From Candidatus Brocadiia bacterium (lineage in GTDB: Bacteria; Planctomycetota; Brocadiia; CAIUPP01): a stretch of 64,000 nucleotides of DNA. Positions within the stretch are counted from its first letter, which is position 1. Every line of letters begins with the position of its first letter. The stretch lies in assembly GCA_052139675.1 (NCBI GenBank), contig JBKQWE010000064.1, forward strand, positions 4,653 through 68,652, given 5' to 3'. The notes under the pieces are model-generated. The model worked only from the letters and a program-made list of their open reading frames with translations. It was not told where the DNA came from and searched no databases. The position numbers and the translations under genes were made by a program. Below are positions 20,507 through 28,686 of the stretch, in pieces.

Positions 20507-20533
20507 GAGCGCCTCTTCAGTCCCATTTCCGCG

Positions 20534-22135
20534 CTACTCTTTAACAGGATTTCCGGCCGCGCCGGAGGAAAGGTCGTATAGATAGGCCGAGGCGCCTTTC
20601 TCTTCGAGAGACTGCATCTTTCTCCCCTCCGAGTCCAGGTACTCTGTGATAAGCTGTTTCTCATCATTGCCGGTCAATGGCCAGACATGCGAGAATACGA
20701 ACCAAACGCGATCCTTCCCGCGGAATGGCGCTATCTCCTGCAGATATTTGACAAACGATCCTCTGTGGCGTCCGCCCCTGACGTAATCCCGAACTCCATT
20801 TTGCTCCGCCGATGACAGCCATTGAGTCAGAATGCCGGCGTCGTAATATTCCCAAGCCGGCAAGGCGCCGTAATAGACGTAAATCGGATCGGTTGTCCTC
20901 CTGGCTGCATGAACACGCTGGACCAAGCTCCTCATATCCTCCTGTACCGGAGCATCCGCTTCTCTCAGAGCATCCAAGGCGGGGTAGCCCAGCAAGAGCA
21001 GTACGAAAGCGGCCCCGACTACAGCGGTTGCCTGGCTCTTCATGGCGCGCCAGGTCAGAACGCAGCCTTCGGCGATGATGATAAAGATCGCCGGGCATGC
21101 AAACAAAAGCAGTCGCCCTTCGAAGGGATACTTATGGATCACCGCCGCCAGAAATGCGCAGGCCAGAGGGGCCAGAAGAACCACGGTTTCCCAAGCCCGT
21201 CCCGAGCGCCACAGGCTGGCCACGCCCGCGAGAAAGGCAAACACAGCCAATCCAGGCAGAAATTTGAAACCGGCAGGGTCTTGCATCACCTCGAGCGGTT
21301 TGTGCAGATACCAATGGAGCTTTTCACTCGCAGCCCCGGAGAGCGGCGGAAAGGCGCTGCTCCAGTACGAAAGCAGGTAGCTTTCGCCGCTCACAGAGCG
21401 GGCTGTGATCTGGTAGCAGAGGCCCCAGCTCGCCAGCCAAAGGCAACAGATAACAGTCCAGGCCATTGCCTGTTTCCGTTCTCCGCGGAATATCGAGCGT
21501 CCAAGGAGCAGCGCTCCCGTTCCCGCAAGGACGAACACCGCCGGGTACGAAAACCATACCGCAATCATTCCTGCCGACCCAGCCAGGAAGTACCTCAACT
21601 TGGACCACGTATATCCTCCCGTTCCGAGCATAATCATCCAGAGCAGGCAGCTCACGGCGGCATCCGATGAATACTGCTTCAGGTAAACCGAGTAATGGAC
21701 AGGCCAATGCGAGATGGCCAGGAGCAACGCCGCCAGAAAGGCGCCCAAGGGCGTGCAGCATCGTCTGGATAACGGGAGGAACAAGGCAAGCGCCGCCAGG
21801 CCGGAAACCAACGGGACGAGGCGTAACACGTGGTCGCCGAACCCGAACGCCTTAACCGTCAATCGCGTCAGCCAGAGGAATCCGGCAGGCGTGGGGACCG
21901 CTTTGGGCTGCTTTGCGGTCACGGCCGCCGCGACCCACAATTCATCCACTTCCAGGGAAGGATTCTGGCCGAAACGCACAAGCCGAAGGCCGGCCCCGAC
22001 TAAAAGGGCCGCCAGGATCAAGCAGATGAACTTCCTGTCTGGAGCTGTCCCGCCAAGCGCAGTTCTCTTTGTGGCATCAGCCATCTGCCCAGTCCGTGAT
22101 TCCACCGGTGCGGCTGTGTTGAGCGTGACCATCAA
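20534..22135 (-). CDS. GT-C membrane glycosyltransferase
   Basis: SLEVDE, LRLVPL, YSVYLKQYS, YPFEGRLLLF; multi-TM. Confidence 0.75.
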   Translation of the reverse strand: MMVTLNTAAPVESRTGQMADATKRTALGGTAPDRKFICLILAALLVGAGLRLVRFGQNPSLEVDELWVAAAVTAKQPKAVPTPAGFLWLTRLTVKAFGFGDHVLRLVPLVSGLAALALFLPLSRRCCTPLGAFLAALLLAISHWPVHYSVYLKQYSSDAAVSCLLWMIMLGTGGYTWSKLRYFLAGSAGMIAVWFSYPAVFVLAGTGALLLGRSIFRGERKQAMAWTVICCLWLASWGLCYQITARSVSGESYLLSYWSSAFPPLSGAASEKLHWYLHKPLEVMQDPAGFKFLPGLAVFAFLAGVASLWRSGRAWETVVLLAPLACAFLAAVIHKYPFEGRLLLFACPAIFIIIAEGCVLTWRAMKSQATAVVGAAFVLLLLGYPALDALREADAPVQEDMRSLVQRVHAARRTTDPIYVYYGALPAWEYYDAGILTQWLSSAEQNGVRDYVRGGRHRGSFVKYLQEIAPFRGKDRVWFVFSHVWPLTGNDEKQLITEYLDSEGRKMQSLEEKGASAYLYDLSSGAAGNPVKE

Positions 22136-23709
22136 CCGGGGCAGGGCGGTGAGCTGGGACCCGCCGCCGGCTTCTCGACGATCATCAGAAATGACGTGAT
22201 GACGAACTCCCTGAACGCCAGCTTCAGGTGCGGCGTGCCGTACGGTGGACGATCCGCGTAGAGATCCAGCGGCCCGCTGCCGGTATCGAAGCTCGGCTCA
22301 GCCATGCGGCAGCCCGCGTCGCGCACGCGCCGCTGTATCTCCTCCACGTCGCGGCGGCGGAAGAGCACCACCGGACCGCGGTCAAGGGTTTTTTCATTCG
22401 ACGAGACGTTGAACTCCGTGGTGTACGCGGCCACGCCGCCGGGCCGGAGATGGCGGCAGGCCTTTTCAATGAACTCAACGGCTCGCGGCAGATCGCCGAA
22501 GTGCGCCAGGGCGGAACTCGACCAGAGGAAATCGAACGCGCCGAGGTCCTCCGGCGAGGCCGCAGGCGCGTCGGCGGCCAGCACCTCGCAGCCGAACGAG
22601 GCGAACAGGGCCGGCAGCGGCTCCTGCCCGACGCCGAAGCCGCATCCGCGCCGGCCGGCGCGCAGCATGCCGCGCTCCCACAGCGCCTGGCAGATCATCA
22701 CGTACTCCCAGATTTTCCGGTGCCATCGCGGCGACTCCTTCAGCCGGTTGCACCAGAAAAGGAACTCGGGCGTCATGAATTGCGCCTGCGTGACCGGCCC
22801 GGACCGGACGGGCAGGACCCGCAACTGGTCCGGGCGAGTGACGGGCTGATCGGCCTGCCGGCAGATCGCCTCCTGGGCGAGTTTCAGCGCCAGGCGATGC
22901 AGCGGCTGACGCTCGGCCGGCGCAACTGCGGGCGACTGATTCGCAGCGGCCAGGCGCGCCCGGCGGTAAACGTTGCGCGCGAACCGTCGCGCCCGCGCCC
23001 GCCACACCGAGGGCGGCCGCGCCTGCCAATCGAGCGTCGGCAGGATAGTCAGGCGGTCCGGCGAGCCGGCCAGGTGGTACACGAACTTCTCCATGCTCTT
23101 CCCGCGCCCGATCTTCTCCGGCTGCGTGTAGTTCCACGTATCGTCCATCAGCAGGATCGGCACGCCGAGGTCCACGGCCGCGTAGTTCAGGAATGTCTGG
23201 TCCTGCCAGCGGACCAGCCGGCGCGGTTCGCTGAGCTGCCCCACCAGCCGCCGCGCGCGATCGAGCATCGCGGCGTGCGCCGCGCGCGTCAGCAGCAGGA
23301 CGCCGGCGTTGAAATACGAGGTATAGACATACCGCGTGCCCAGGCAATGGTTGAACAGCGCCCATTCGATTTCCTGCTGGTCGCGGATGTCCTCGACGAA
23401 GGCCGCCCTCTCCGTAGCGTTCCGGACGGCGCCCAAATGAGTCGGCGGGCAAAGGTCGAAGGGCGCCGGGGCGTCGCTGCGGATCAAGGCGTCGCCGCCG
23501 TCAATGTAGAACGCCCGGTCCGCCGCGCAAAGGCGGAACAAGTCCAACTTGAGAAAAGTCGGCCCGGGCACGTCCGGCGCGCAGGGGCCGCTCAGCTCCA
23601 CGTAGTCCGCTTTCCAGCGCGCGGCGGCGGCCTCGAAGCTGCGCCGGGCGTTCGCGCAGAGAACGCCGCCGACGTTGATCGTGACGACCGCGCGCTTCTC
23701 CACCGTCAC
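22132..23709 (-). CDS. GT8-like glycosyltransferase fused to class I SAM methyltransferase-like domain
   Basis: YIDGGD, YFNAGVLL, QDQTFLN, WNY (GT8-like); HRKIWE, GFGVGQEPL, FDFLWSS, LRPGGVA.YTTEFN (MTase-like). Confidence 0.75.
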   Translation of the reverse strand: MTVEKRAVVTINVGGVLCANARRSFEAAAARWKADYVELSGPCAPDVPGPTFLKLDLFRLCAADRAFYIDGGDALIRSDAPAPFDLCPPTHLGAVRNATERAAFVEDIRDQQEIEWALFNHCLGTRYVYTSYFNAGVLLLTRAAHAAMLDRARRLVGQLSEPRRLVRWQDQTFLNYAAVDLGVPILLMDDTWNYTQPEKIGRGKSMEKFVYHLAGSPDRLTILPTLDWQARPPSVWRARARRFARNVYRRARLAAANQSPAVAPAERQPLHRLALKLAQEAICRQADQPVTRPDQLRVLPVRSGPVTQAQFMTPEFLFWCNRLKESPRWHRKIWEYVMICQALWERGMLRAGRRGCGFGVGQEPLPALFASFGCEVLAADAPAASPEDLGAFDFLWSSSALAHFGDLPRAVEFIEKACRHLRPGGVAAYTTEFNVSSNEKTLDRGPVVLFRRRDVEEIQRRVRDAGCRMAEPSFDTGSGPLDLYADRPPYGTPHLKLAFREFVITSFLMIVEKPAAGPSSPPCPG

Positions 23710-24992
23710 AGCACCTTTCCGTAGGCGCGGGCCAGCCGCTCGCGGAACCGCTCGGGACTGAAGAGCGCGGCGCGCTCCAGCCCGGCTTGCTTCAGCCGCA
23801 GGCGCAATCCGTCATCCTTCAGCAGCCCGCGCATTTTCTCGGCGATCTCCTCGACCGACTGCGGGTTCACATAAAGCGCCGCGGGGCCGCAGACTTCCGG
23901 CAGCGAGGAAGCGTTCGCGGCAATGACCGGGCAGCCCAGCGACATCGCCTCGAGAGCCGGAAGCCCGAACCCCTCGTACAGCGATGGAAAGACCAGGAAC
24001 CGCGCGTTCCGGTACAGGACGTGCAGGTCCTCGCGCGACAAGTAGCCGACGTGCAATGCCTTCCGCCGCCGCTCCAACTCCGGCATCAGGCGGAAGCTGT
24101 CCTTCCACAGCCAGGCCTTGGGCCCGGCCAGCACCAGCGGAATGTCCGCGTCCAGATGCGACACCGCTTCGAGCAGCCGCGCGATGTTCTTGCGCGGTTC
24201 GATATTCCCGACGCAGAGCATATAGCCGCCTGGCGTCAACTGCAGCCCGGCCAGCCGCGCTCGCTGGAACTCCTCGGGCATCTCCGGCTCCGGTGGCGGC
24301 AGCGCCGGGTAGACCACCTCGACGCTTTCGGGTCTCACGCGGAAGACATCCACCATGTCCTTCTTCGTGCATTCCGAGTCGGCCAGCGTCACTTCGGAGC
24401 GCGCCAGCGTCTGGCGCAGGAGATCGTAGGTCAGACGTTTATCGTCGAGCGTCGCCCAGGGCAGCCGAAGCGGGATCAAGTCGTGCACGGTCGTGACGCT
24501 TCTCGCCCCGCGCACGACGATCGGCAGAGGGCAGGTTGCGTGCCAGAAGGCGGCGCCGCGCGGCTTTATCCCGGTGAAATCGGGCACGCGGATTTGCAGC
24601 GGGCGGCCGGTGAGCTTGAAGTGCGCGTACGCCGTGCGGAAGCATCGCCGGAGCCCGTAAATCGCCTCCACCTCGCGGTACACCGTCTGCGCCGGCTGCA
24701 GCAGCGCCCAGTCGGGTCTGCCGACCCGCCGCGCCGTCTGAAACGGACGCATAGAGCGCGCGAGATCGGCGAGGCGCTCCGGCAGCCGCACCTTCGGGCG
24801 AGGCGCGTCCAGCAGCAGCGCCGCCTGCAGCACCGGCTCGTCGCTCACGCCGCAACTGGCCAGCAGGCTCGGTCGCGCGCCCAGCCGCCTCAGCGCCTCC
24901 GCCACCCCGAGTGAATACGTCTTCAGGCCCGTGCCTTGCGCCAATTCAATGCTGTAAGCGTCCAGCAGGACGCGCGCGTTGTCCAGGCTCAC
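23706..24992 (-). CDS. GT4 glycosyltransferase
   Basis: [33 protein letters not shown]. Confidence 0.92.
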   Translation of the reverse strand: MSLDNARVLLDAYSIELAQGTGLKTYSLGVAEALRRLGARPSLLASCGVSDEPVLQAALLLDAPRPKVRLPERLADLARSMRPFQTARRVGRPDWALLQPAQTVYREVEAIYGLRRCFRTAYAHFKLTGRPLQIRVPDFTGIKPRGAAFWHATCPLPIVVRGARSVTTVHDLIPLRLPWATLDDKRLTYDLLRQTLARSEVTLADSECTKKDMVDVFRVRPESVEVVYPALPPPEPEMPEEFQRARLAGLQLTPGGYMLCVGNIEPRKNIARLLEAVSHLDADIPLVLAGPKAWLWKDSFRLMPELERRRKALHVGYLSREDLHVLYRNARFLVFPSLYEGFGLPALEAMSLGCPVIAANASSLPEVCGPAALYVNPQSVEEIAEKMRGLLKDDGLRLRLKQAGLERAALFSPERFRERLARAYGKVL

Positions 24993-25384
24993 GATTTCCT
25001 GTACCCGGCTTAGAGAATGCGGAACTTCGATTCGCCGATGCGGAATAGCGACGCGCTCCCCGCACCCGCCGCATTATACTATACGTCCTCGGCCGATGTT
25101 CGGCCAGTGCCGCAAATTCCGGATTGGCCGAGGCTGCAATAACCAGGCAGGCATGCCGCATTCTGCTCGTGTGGGGAAACGCGATATGATATACTTCGGC
25201 GAGTGCCGGGGAACTCAACAGGGCAGCCGCTTCTTCCGCGCCGCTGGATCGTTGTAAGTTACACTCTGAACGGTCGTTATGACGTGAAATGCAAGGCCGG
25301 AGCGGACTATGGAACGGCGATTGCAGTCTTGCTCGCTTGCAGCGAAGGTCATCTGCCGATGTGAAAGCGCGGGGAGGACGAAAA

Positions 25385-27082
25385 ATGAAGCACGAAGGCG
25401 GAAGAATGAAGGATGAACACGAAGTAAGGCGTTTTTTCTTCCTGCCGTTTTCATCCTTCATACTTCCTCTTTCGGCCTTCGCCGTTGCGCTTCTCCTGGC
25501 TGCTTGCAGCGGGCCGCACGCTTCGGCGAGCCGGCCGCCCGAAAAGCTCATCCCGCCGCTTGAGCAAGTTCATTTCGACCGTCCCTTCGACCCCACCTTC
25601 GAATGCAGCGCCGATTTCAATGCGCAGAACCCGATTGACACTTACACGCTGGCCGCCTGGCGCCGGCGCGGCATCGAGCCGGCGAATCTCTGCTCCGACT
25701 CGGTCTTCGTCCGGCGAGTGTACCTGGATGTCATCGGCACGCTGCCGGAGCCGGCCGACGTGCTCGCGTTCGTCGCCGACGCGACGCCCGACAAGCGCGC
25801 GCGGTTGATTGACGCGCTCCTCCAGCGCGAGGAGTTCGCCGACTACTGGGCGCTGAAATGGTGCGACCTGCTGCGCGTCAAGGCGGAGTTCCCGATCAAC
25901 CTGTGGCCCAACGCCGTGCAGGCGTACCATCGCTGGGTCCACGACGCCGTCCGCGACGGCATGCCTTACGACCAGTTCGCCCGCCAGTTGCTGACCTCGA
26001 GCGGCAGCAATTTCCGCGTGCCGCCGGTCAATTTCTACCGCGCGGTCCAGGGCCGCGATCCCGGCGCCATCGCCGCGGCGGTGGGGCTGACTTTCATGGG
26101 CGTCCGCGTGGACAAGTGGCCGGAGGCGCAGCGCGCCGGTATGGCCGCCTTCTTCAAGCGCGTCGCTTATAAGAAGACCGACGAGTGGAAAGAGGAGATC
26201 GTTTACTGCGATTTCAACTCGGCCGAGCCGCTGAAGGCCGTTTTCCCCGACGGCGTCCCGGTGAGCATTGCGCCCGAGAAGGACCCGCGCGCGGTCTTCG
26301 CCGACTGGCTGATCCAGCCGGGCAACCCCTGGTTCACGCGCAACATCGCAAATCGCGTCTGGTCCTGGCTGCTCGGCCGCGGCATCATCCACGAGCCGGA
26401 CGACATCCGGCCGGACAACCCCGCAGCCAATCCCGAGCTGCTCGCGTACCTCCAGTCCGAGCTGGTGGCGGCGCATTACGACGTGCGCCATCTCTTTCGG
26501 CTGATCCTCAATTCGCGGACCTACCAGCAGTCCTCCATCGCGCGGACCAGCGATCCCCAGGCGCTCGCGCTGTGCGCCTTCTACCCGGTGCGCCGGCTCG
26601 ACGCGGAGGTGCTGATTGACGCGCTCTGCTGGATCGGCGGCGTCGGCGAAGAGTACCAGAGCATCATCCCGGAGCCGTACACCAACATTCCGCCCACCCG
26701 GCGGACCATCTCGCTGGCCGACGGCAGCATCACCAGCCCGTTCCTCGAGATGTTCGGCCGCCCCGTGCGCGACACCGGCCTGGAGTCCGAACGTCTTAAC
26801 GATCCGACCGACGCCCAGCGGCTGCACCTGCTCAACTCGACGGACGTCCAGCGCAAGATCGAAAACAGCCCGCTGCTGCGCAAGCTGCTCCAGGCCGCCA
26901 AGGGCAACCGCGCCGAGATCGTCCGCTCGACCTATCTGCTGCTCCTGTCGCGTTACCCGACGGCGCCGGAGACCACGGCGGCGGAGAACTATTTCAAGAA
27001 CGGCGGCGTCGGCCCGAAGCAGGGCGCCGACGACCTGGCCTGGGCGCTGATCAACTCGAAGGAGTTTCTTTACAGGCACTAG
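25385..27082 (+). CDS. DUF1549/DUF1553 (PSCyt2/PSD1) lipoprotein
   Basis: GGAGG RBS, lipobox LAAC, FVRRVYLDVIGTLP, NRVWSWLLGRGII, RRLDAEVL.D, DLAWALINSKEF. Confidence 0.88.
   Translation: MKHEGGRMKDEHEVRRFFFLPFSSFILPLSAFAVALLLAACSGPHASASRPPEKLIPPLEQVHFDRPFDPTFECSADFNAQNPIDTYTLAAWRRRGIEPANLCSDSVFVRRVYLDVIGTLPEPADVLAFVADATPDKRARLIDALLQREEFADYWALKWCDLLRVKAEFPINLWPNAVQAYHRWVHDAVRDGMPYDQFARQLLTSSGSNFRVPPVNFYRAVQGRDPGAIAAAVGLTFMGVRVDKWPEAQRAGMAAFFKRVAYKKTDEWKEEIVYCDFNSAEPLKAVFPDGVPVSIAPEKDPRAVFADWLIQPGNPWFTRNIANRVWSWLLGRGIIHEPDDIRPDNPAANPELLAYLQSELVAAHYDVRHLFRLILNSRTYQQSSIARTSDPQALALCAFYPVRRLDAEVLIDALCWIGGVGEEYQSIIPEPYTNIPPTRRTISLADGSITSPFLEMFGRPVRDTGLESERLNDPTDAQRLHLLNSTDVQRKIENSPLLRKLLQAAKGNRAEIVRSTYLLLLSRYPTAPETTAAENYFKNGGVGPKQGADDLAWALINSKEFLYRH
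25387..25472. repeat. Heptamer palindromic element (GGATGAA/TTCATCC type) within the 5' end of the CDS
   Basis: GAAGGCGGAAGAATGAAGGATGAA ... TTCATCCTTCATACTTCCTCTTTC. Confidence 0.75.
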
Positions 27083-27089
27083 GAACGGC

Positions 27090-27194
27090 GATTTCTGATT
27101 TGTGATTTCTGATTACTGATTTCTGATTGAAGGGGAATGCGCGTTTTCAAGCCAATCAGAAATCAGAAATCACAAATCAGAAGTCAGAAATCAG
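27090..27194. repeat. Heptamer palindromic element (GATTTCT)n/(AGAAATC)n
   Basis: GATTTCTGATTTGTGATTTCTGATTACTGATTTCTGATT ... AATCAGAAATCAGAAATCACAAATCAGAAGTCAGAAATCAG. Confidence 0.92.
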
Positions 27195-27222
27195 TCGTTC
27201 GTTCAACCGCAAGGGAGCAAGC

Positions 27223-28548
27223 ATGAACGCACAATTCAAGCGCGTGGTAAGCGCAGCCGCGCTGGCGCTCTCCGTCTGTTGCGCCGCCTGGGCGCAGCAG
27301 GCGGCCGAACCGCCGGCGGTCCCCGCGCCGAAGCCGCACGCCAAGGCCGTCATTCAGATCTGGCTCGCGGGCGGCCCGTCGCACCTGGACACCTTCGACC
27401 CCAAGCCCGACGCCGGCGTGGACTACAGCGGCCCGCTGGTCAGCCCCATTCAGACCAACGCGCCGGCGATCAAGATCTCCCAGCTCCTGCCGCTGCTGGC
27501 CCGGCAGGCCGACAAGTATTCCCTCATCCGCAGCATGACCCACGGCGACGACGGCCACGAGACCGCCGCCTACGTGATGCAGACCGGCCACGTGCCGAGC
27601 GACGACCTGGTCTATCCGTCCCTCGGCGTGCTCGTCTCGTACTTCAAAGGATATGACCGCGGTTACAAGAGCGTGATTCCGCCGTACGTCGTCCTGACCG
27701 CGTCGCTCGGCCGCTTCAACGAAACGGGTTTCCTGGGCCAGCGATACAAGCCGTTCGTCACCGGCGGCAATCCGGCCCAGCCGGTTTTCGCGGTCGAGGG
27801 AATTTTCACCCTCGGCATCTCCGACCAGCGCCAGCGCAACCGCCGCGACCTGATGCACACGCTCGATTCGCTCGGCAAGGCGATGCCCGGCAACCCGGCC
27901 TTCGCGCTGCTCGACCGCACCGAGGAGAATGCCGAAGCCACCCTCGGCGACGCCCGCAAGCTGTTCGACCTCTCGCAGGAAAAACCCGAGCTGCGCGACC
28001 GTTACGGCCGCACGCAGTTCGGCCAGTCCTGCCTGATGGCCCGCCGCCTGGTCGAGCGCGGCGTGCCTTACATCACCATCAACTACGGCGGCTGGGACGA
28101 CCACGACCGCATCTTCGAAAAACTTCGGCTGCGGCTGCCCGACCTCGACAAGGGCCTGTCGGCGCTCTTGCAGGACCTCTCCGACCGCGGCCTGCTCGAC
28201 AGCACCATCGTCTGGTGCTCCGGCGAGTTCGGGCGCAAGCCCAAGCTGGACTGGGAACCGCCCTGGAACGGCGGCCGCAACCACTGGGGCAGTTGTTTCT
28301 CCGTCCTTGTCGCCGGCGGCGGATTCAAGGGCGGCCGCGTCGTCGGCGAGTCCGATGCGAAAGGCGAGCGCGTGGCCGAGCGCCCCGTCTATCCGCCCGA
28401 CCTGCTCGGCAGCATCTGCGAGCTGCTCGGCATTGACCCGGAAGGCCCGCTGCCGAACTCGCGCGAGATGAAACTGCAGGTCATGCCGCTCTGGGAGAAC
28501 GGCAAGAGCGGCAAGGACCTCGGACGGCTCAGAGAACTTATGAACTGA
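27223..28548 (+). CDS. DUF1501 domain protein
   Basis: IWLAGGPSHLDTFDPKP, FGQSCLMARRLVERGV, GWDDH, GEFGR.P, GRNHW. Confidence 0.92.
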   Translation: MNAQFKRVVSAAALALSVCCAAWAQQAAEPPAVPAPKPHAKAVIQIWLAGGPSHLDTFDPKPDAGVDYSGPLVSPIQTNAPAIKISQLLPLLARQADKYSLIRSMTHGDDGHETAAYVMQTGHVPSDDLVYPSLGVLVSYFKGYDRGYKSVIPPYVVLTASLGRFNETGFLGQRYKPFVTGGNPAQPVFAVEGIFTLGISDQRQRNRRDLMHTLDSLGKAMPGNPAFALLDRTEENAEATLGDARKLFDLSQEKPELRDRYGRTQFGQSCLMARRLVERGVPYITINYGGWDDHDRIFEKLRLRLPDLDKGLSALLQDLSDRGLLDSTIVWCSGEFGRKPKLDWEPPWNGGRNHWGSCFSVLVAGGGFKGGRVVGESDAKGERVAERPVYPPDLLGSICELLGIDPEGPLPNSREMKLQVMPLWENGKSGKDLGRLRELMN

Positions 28549-28555
28549 GGAGAGC

Positions 28556-28686
28556 GGAATGCGGAAGGCAGAATGCAGAGTGCAAAGTGCGGATTTAGCG
28601 CGCGCGGAGTGCGCTCAACCCATGCGAGGCCCGAACAGAGTTCCATTCTGCATTCTGCATTCTGCACTCCGCACTCTGCACTCTCG
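28556..28686. repeat. Heptamer palindromic element (GCAGAAT)n/(ATTCTGC)n within the 5' end of the CDS
   Basis: GGAATGCGGAAGGCAGAATGCAGAGTGCAAAGTGCGGA ... ATTCTGCATTCTGCATTCTGCACTCCGCACTCTGCACTC. Confidence 0.9.

Noticed and set aside
27090-27194. Repeats as a possible CRISPR array
   Set aside because: 7-bp tandem units without unique spacers of regular length; no cas genes.
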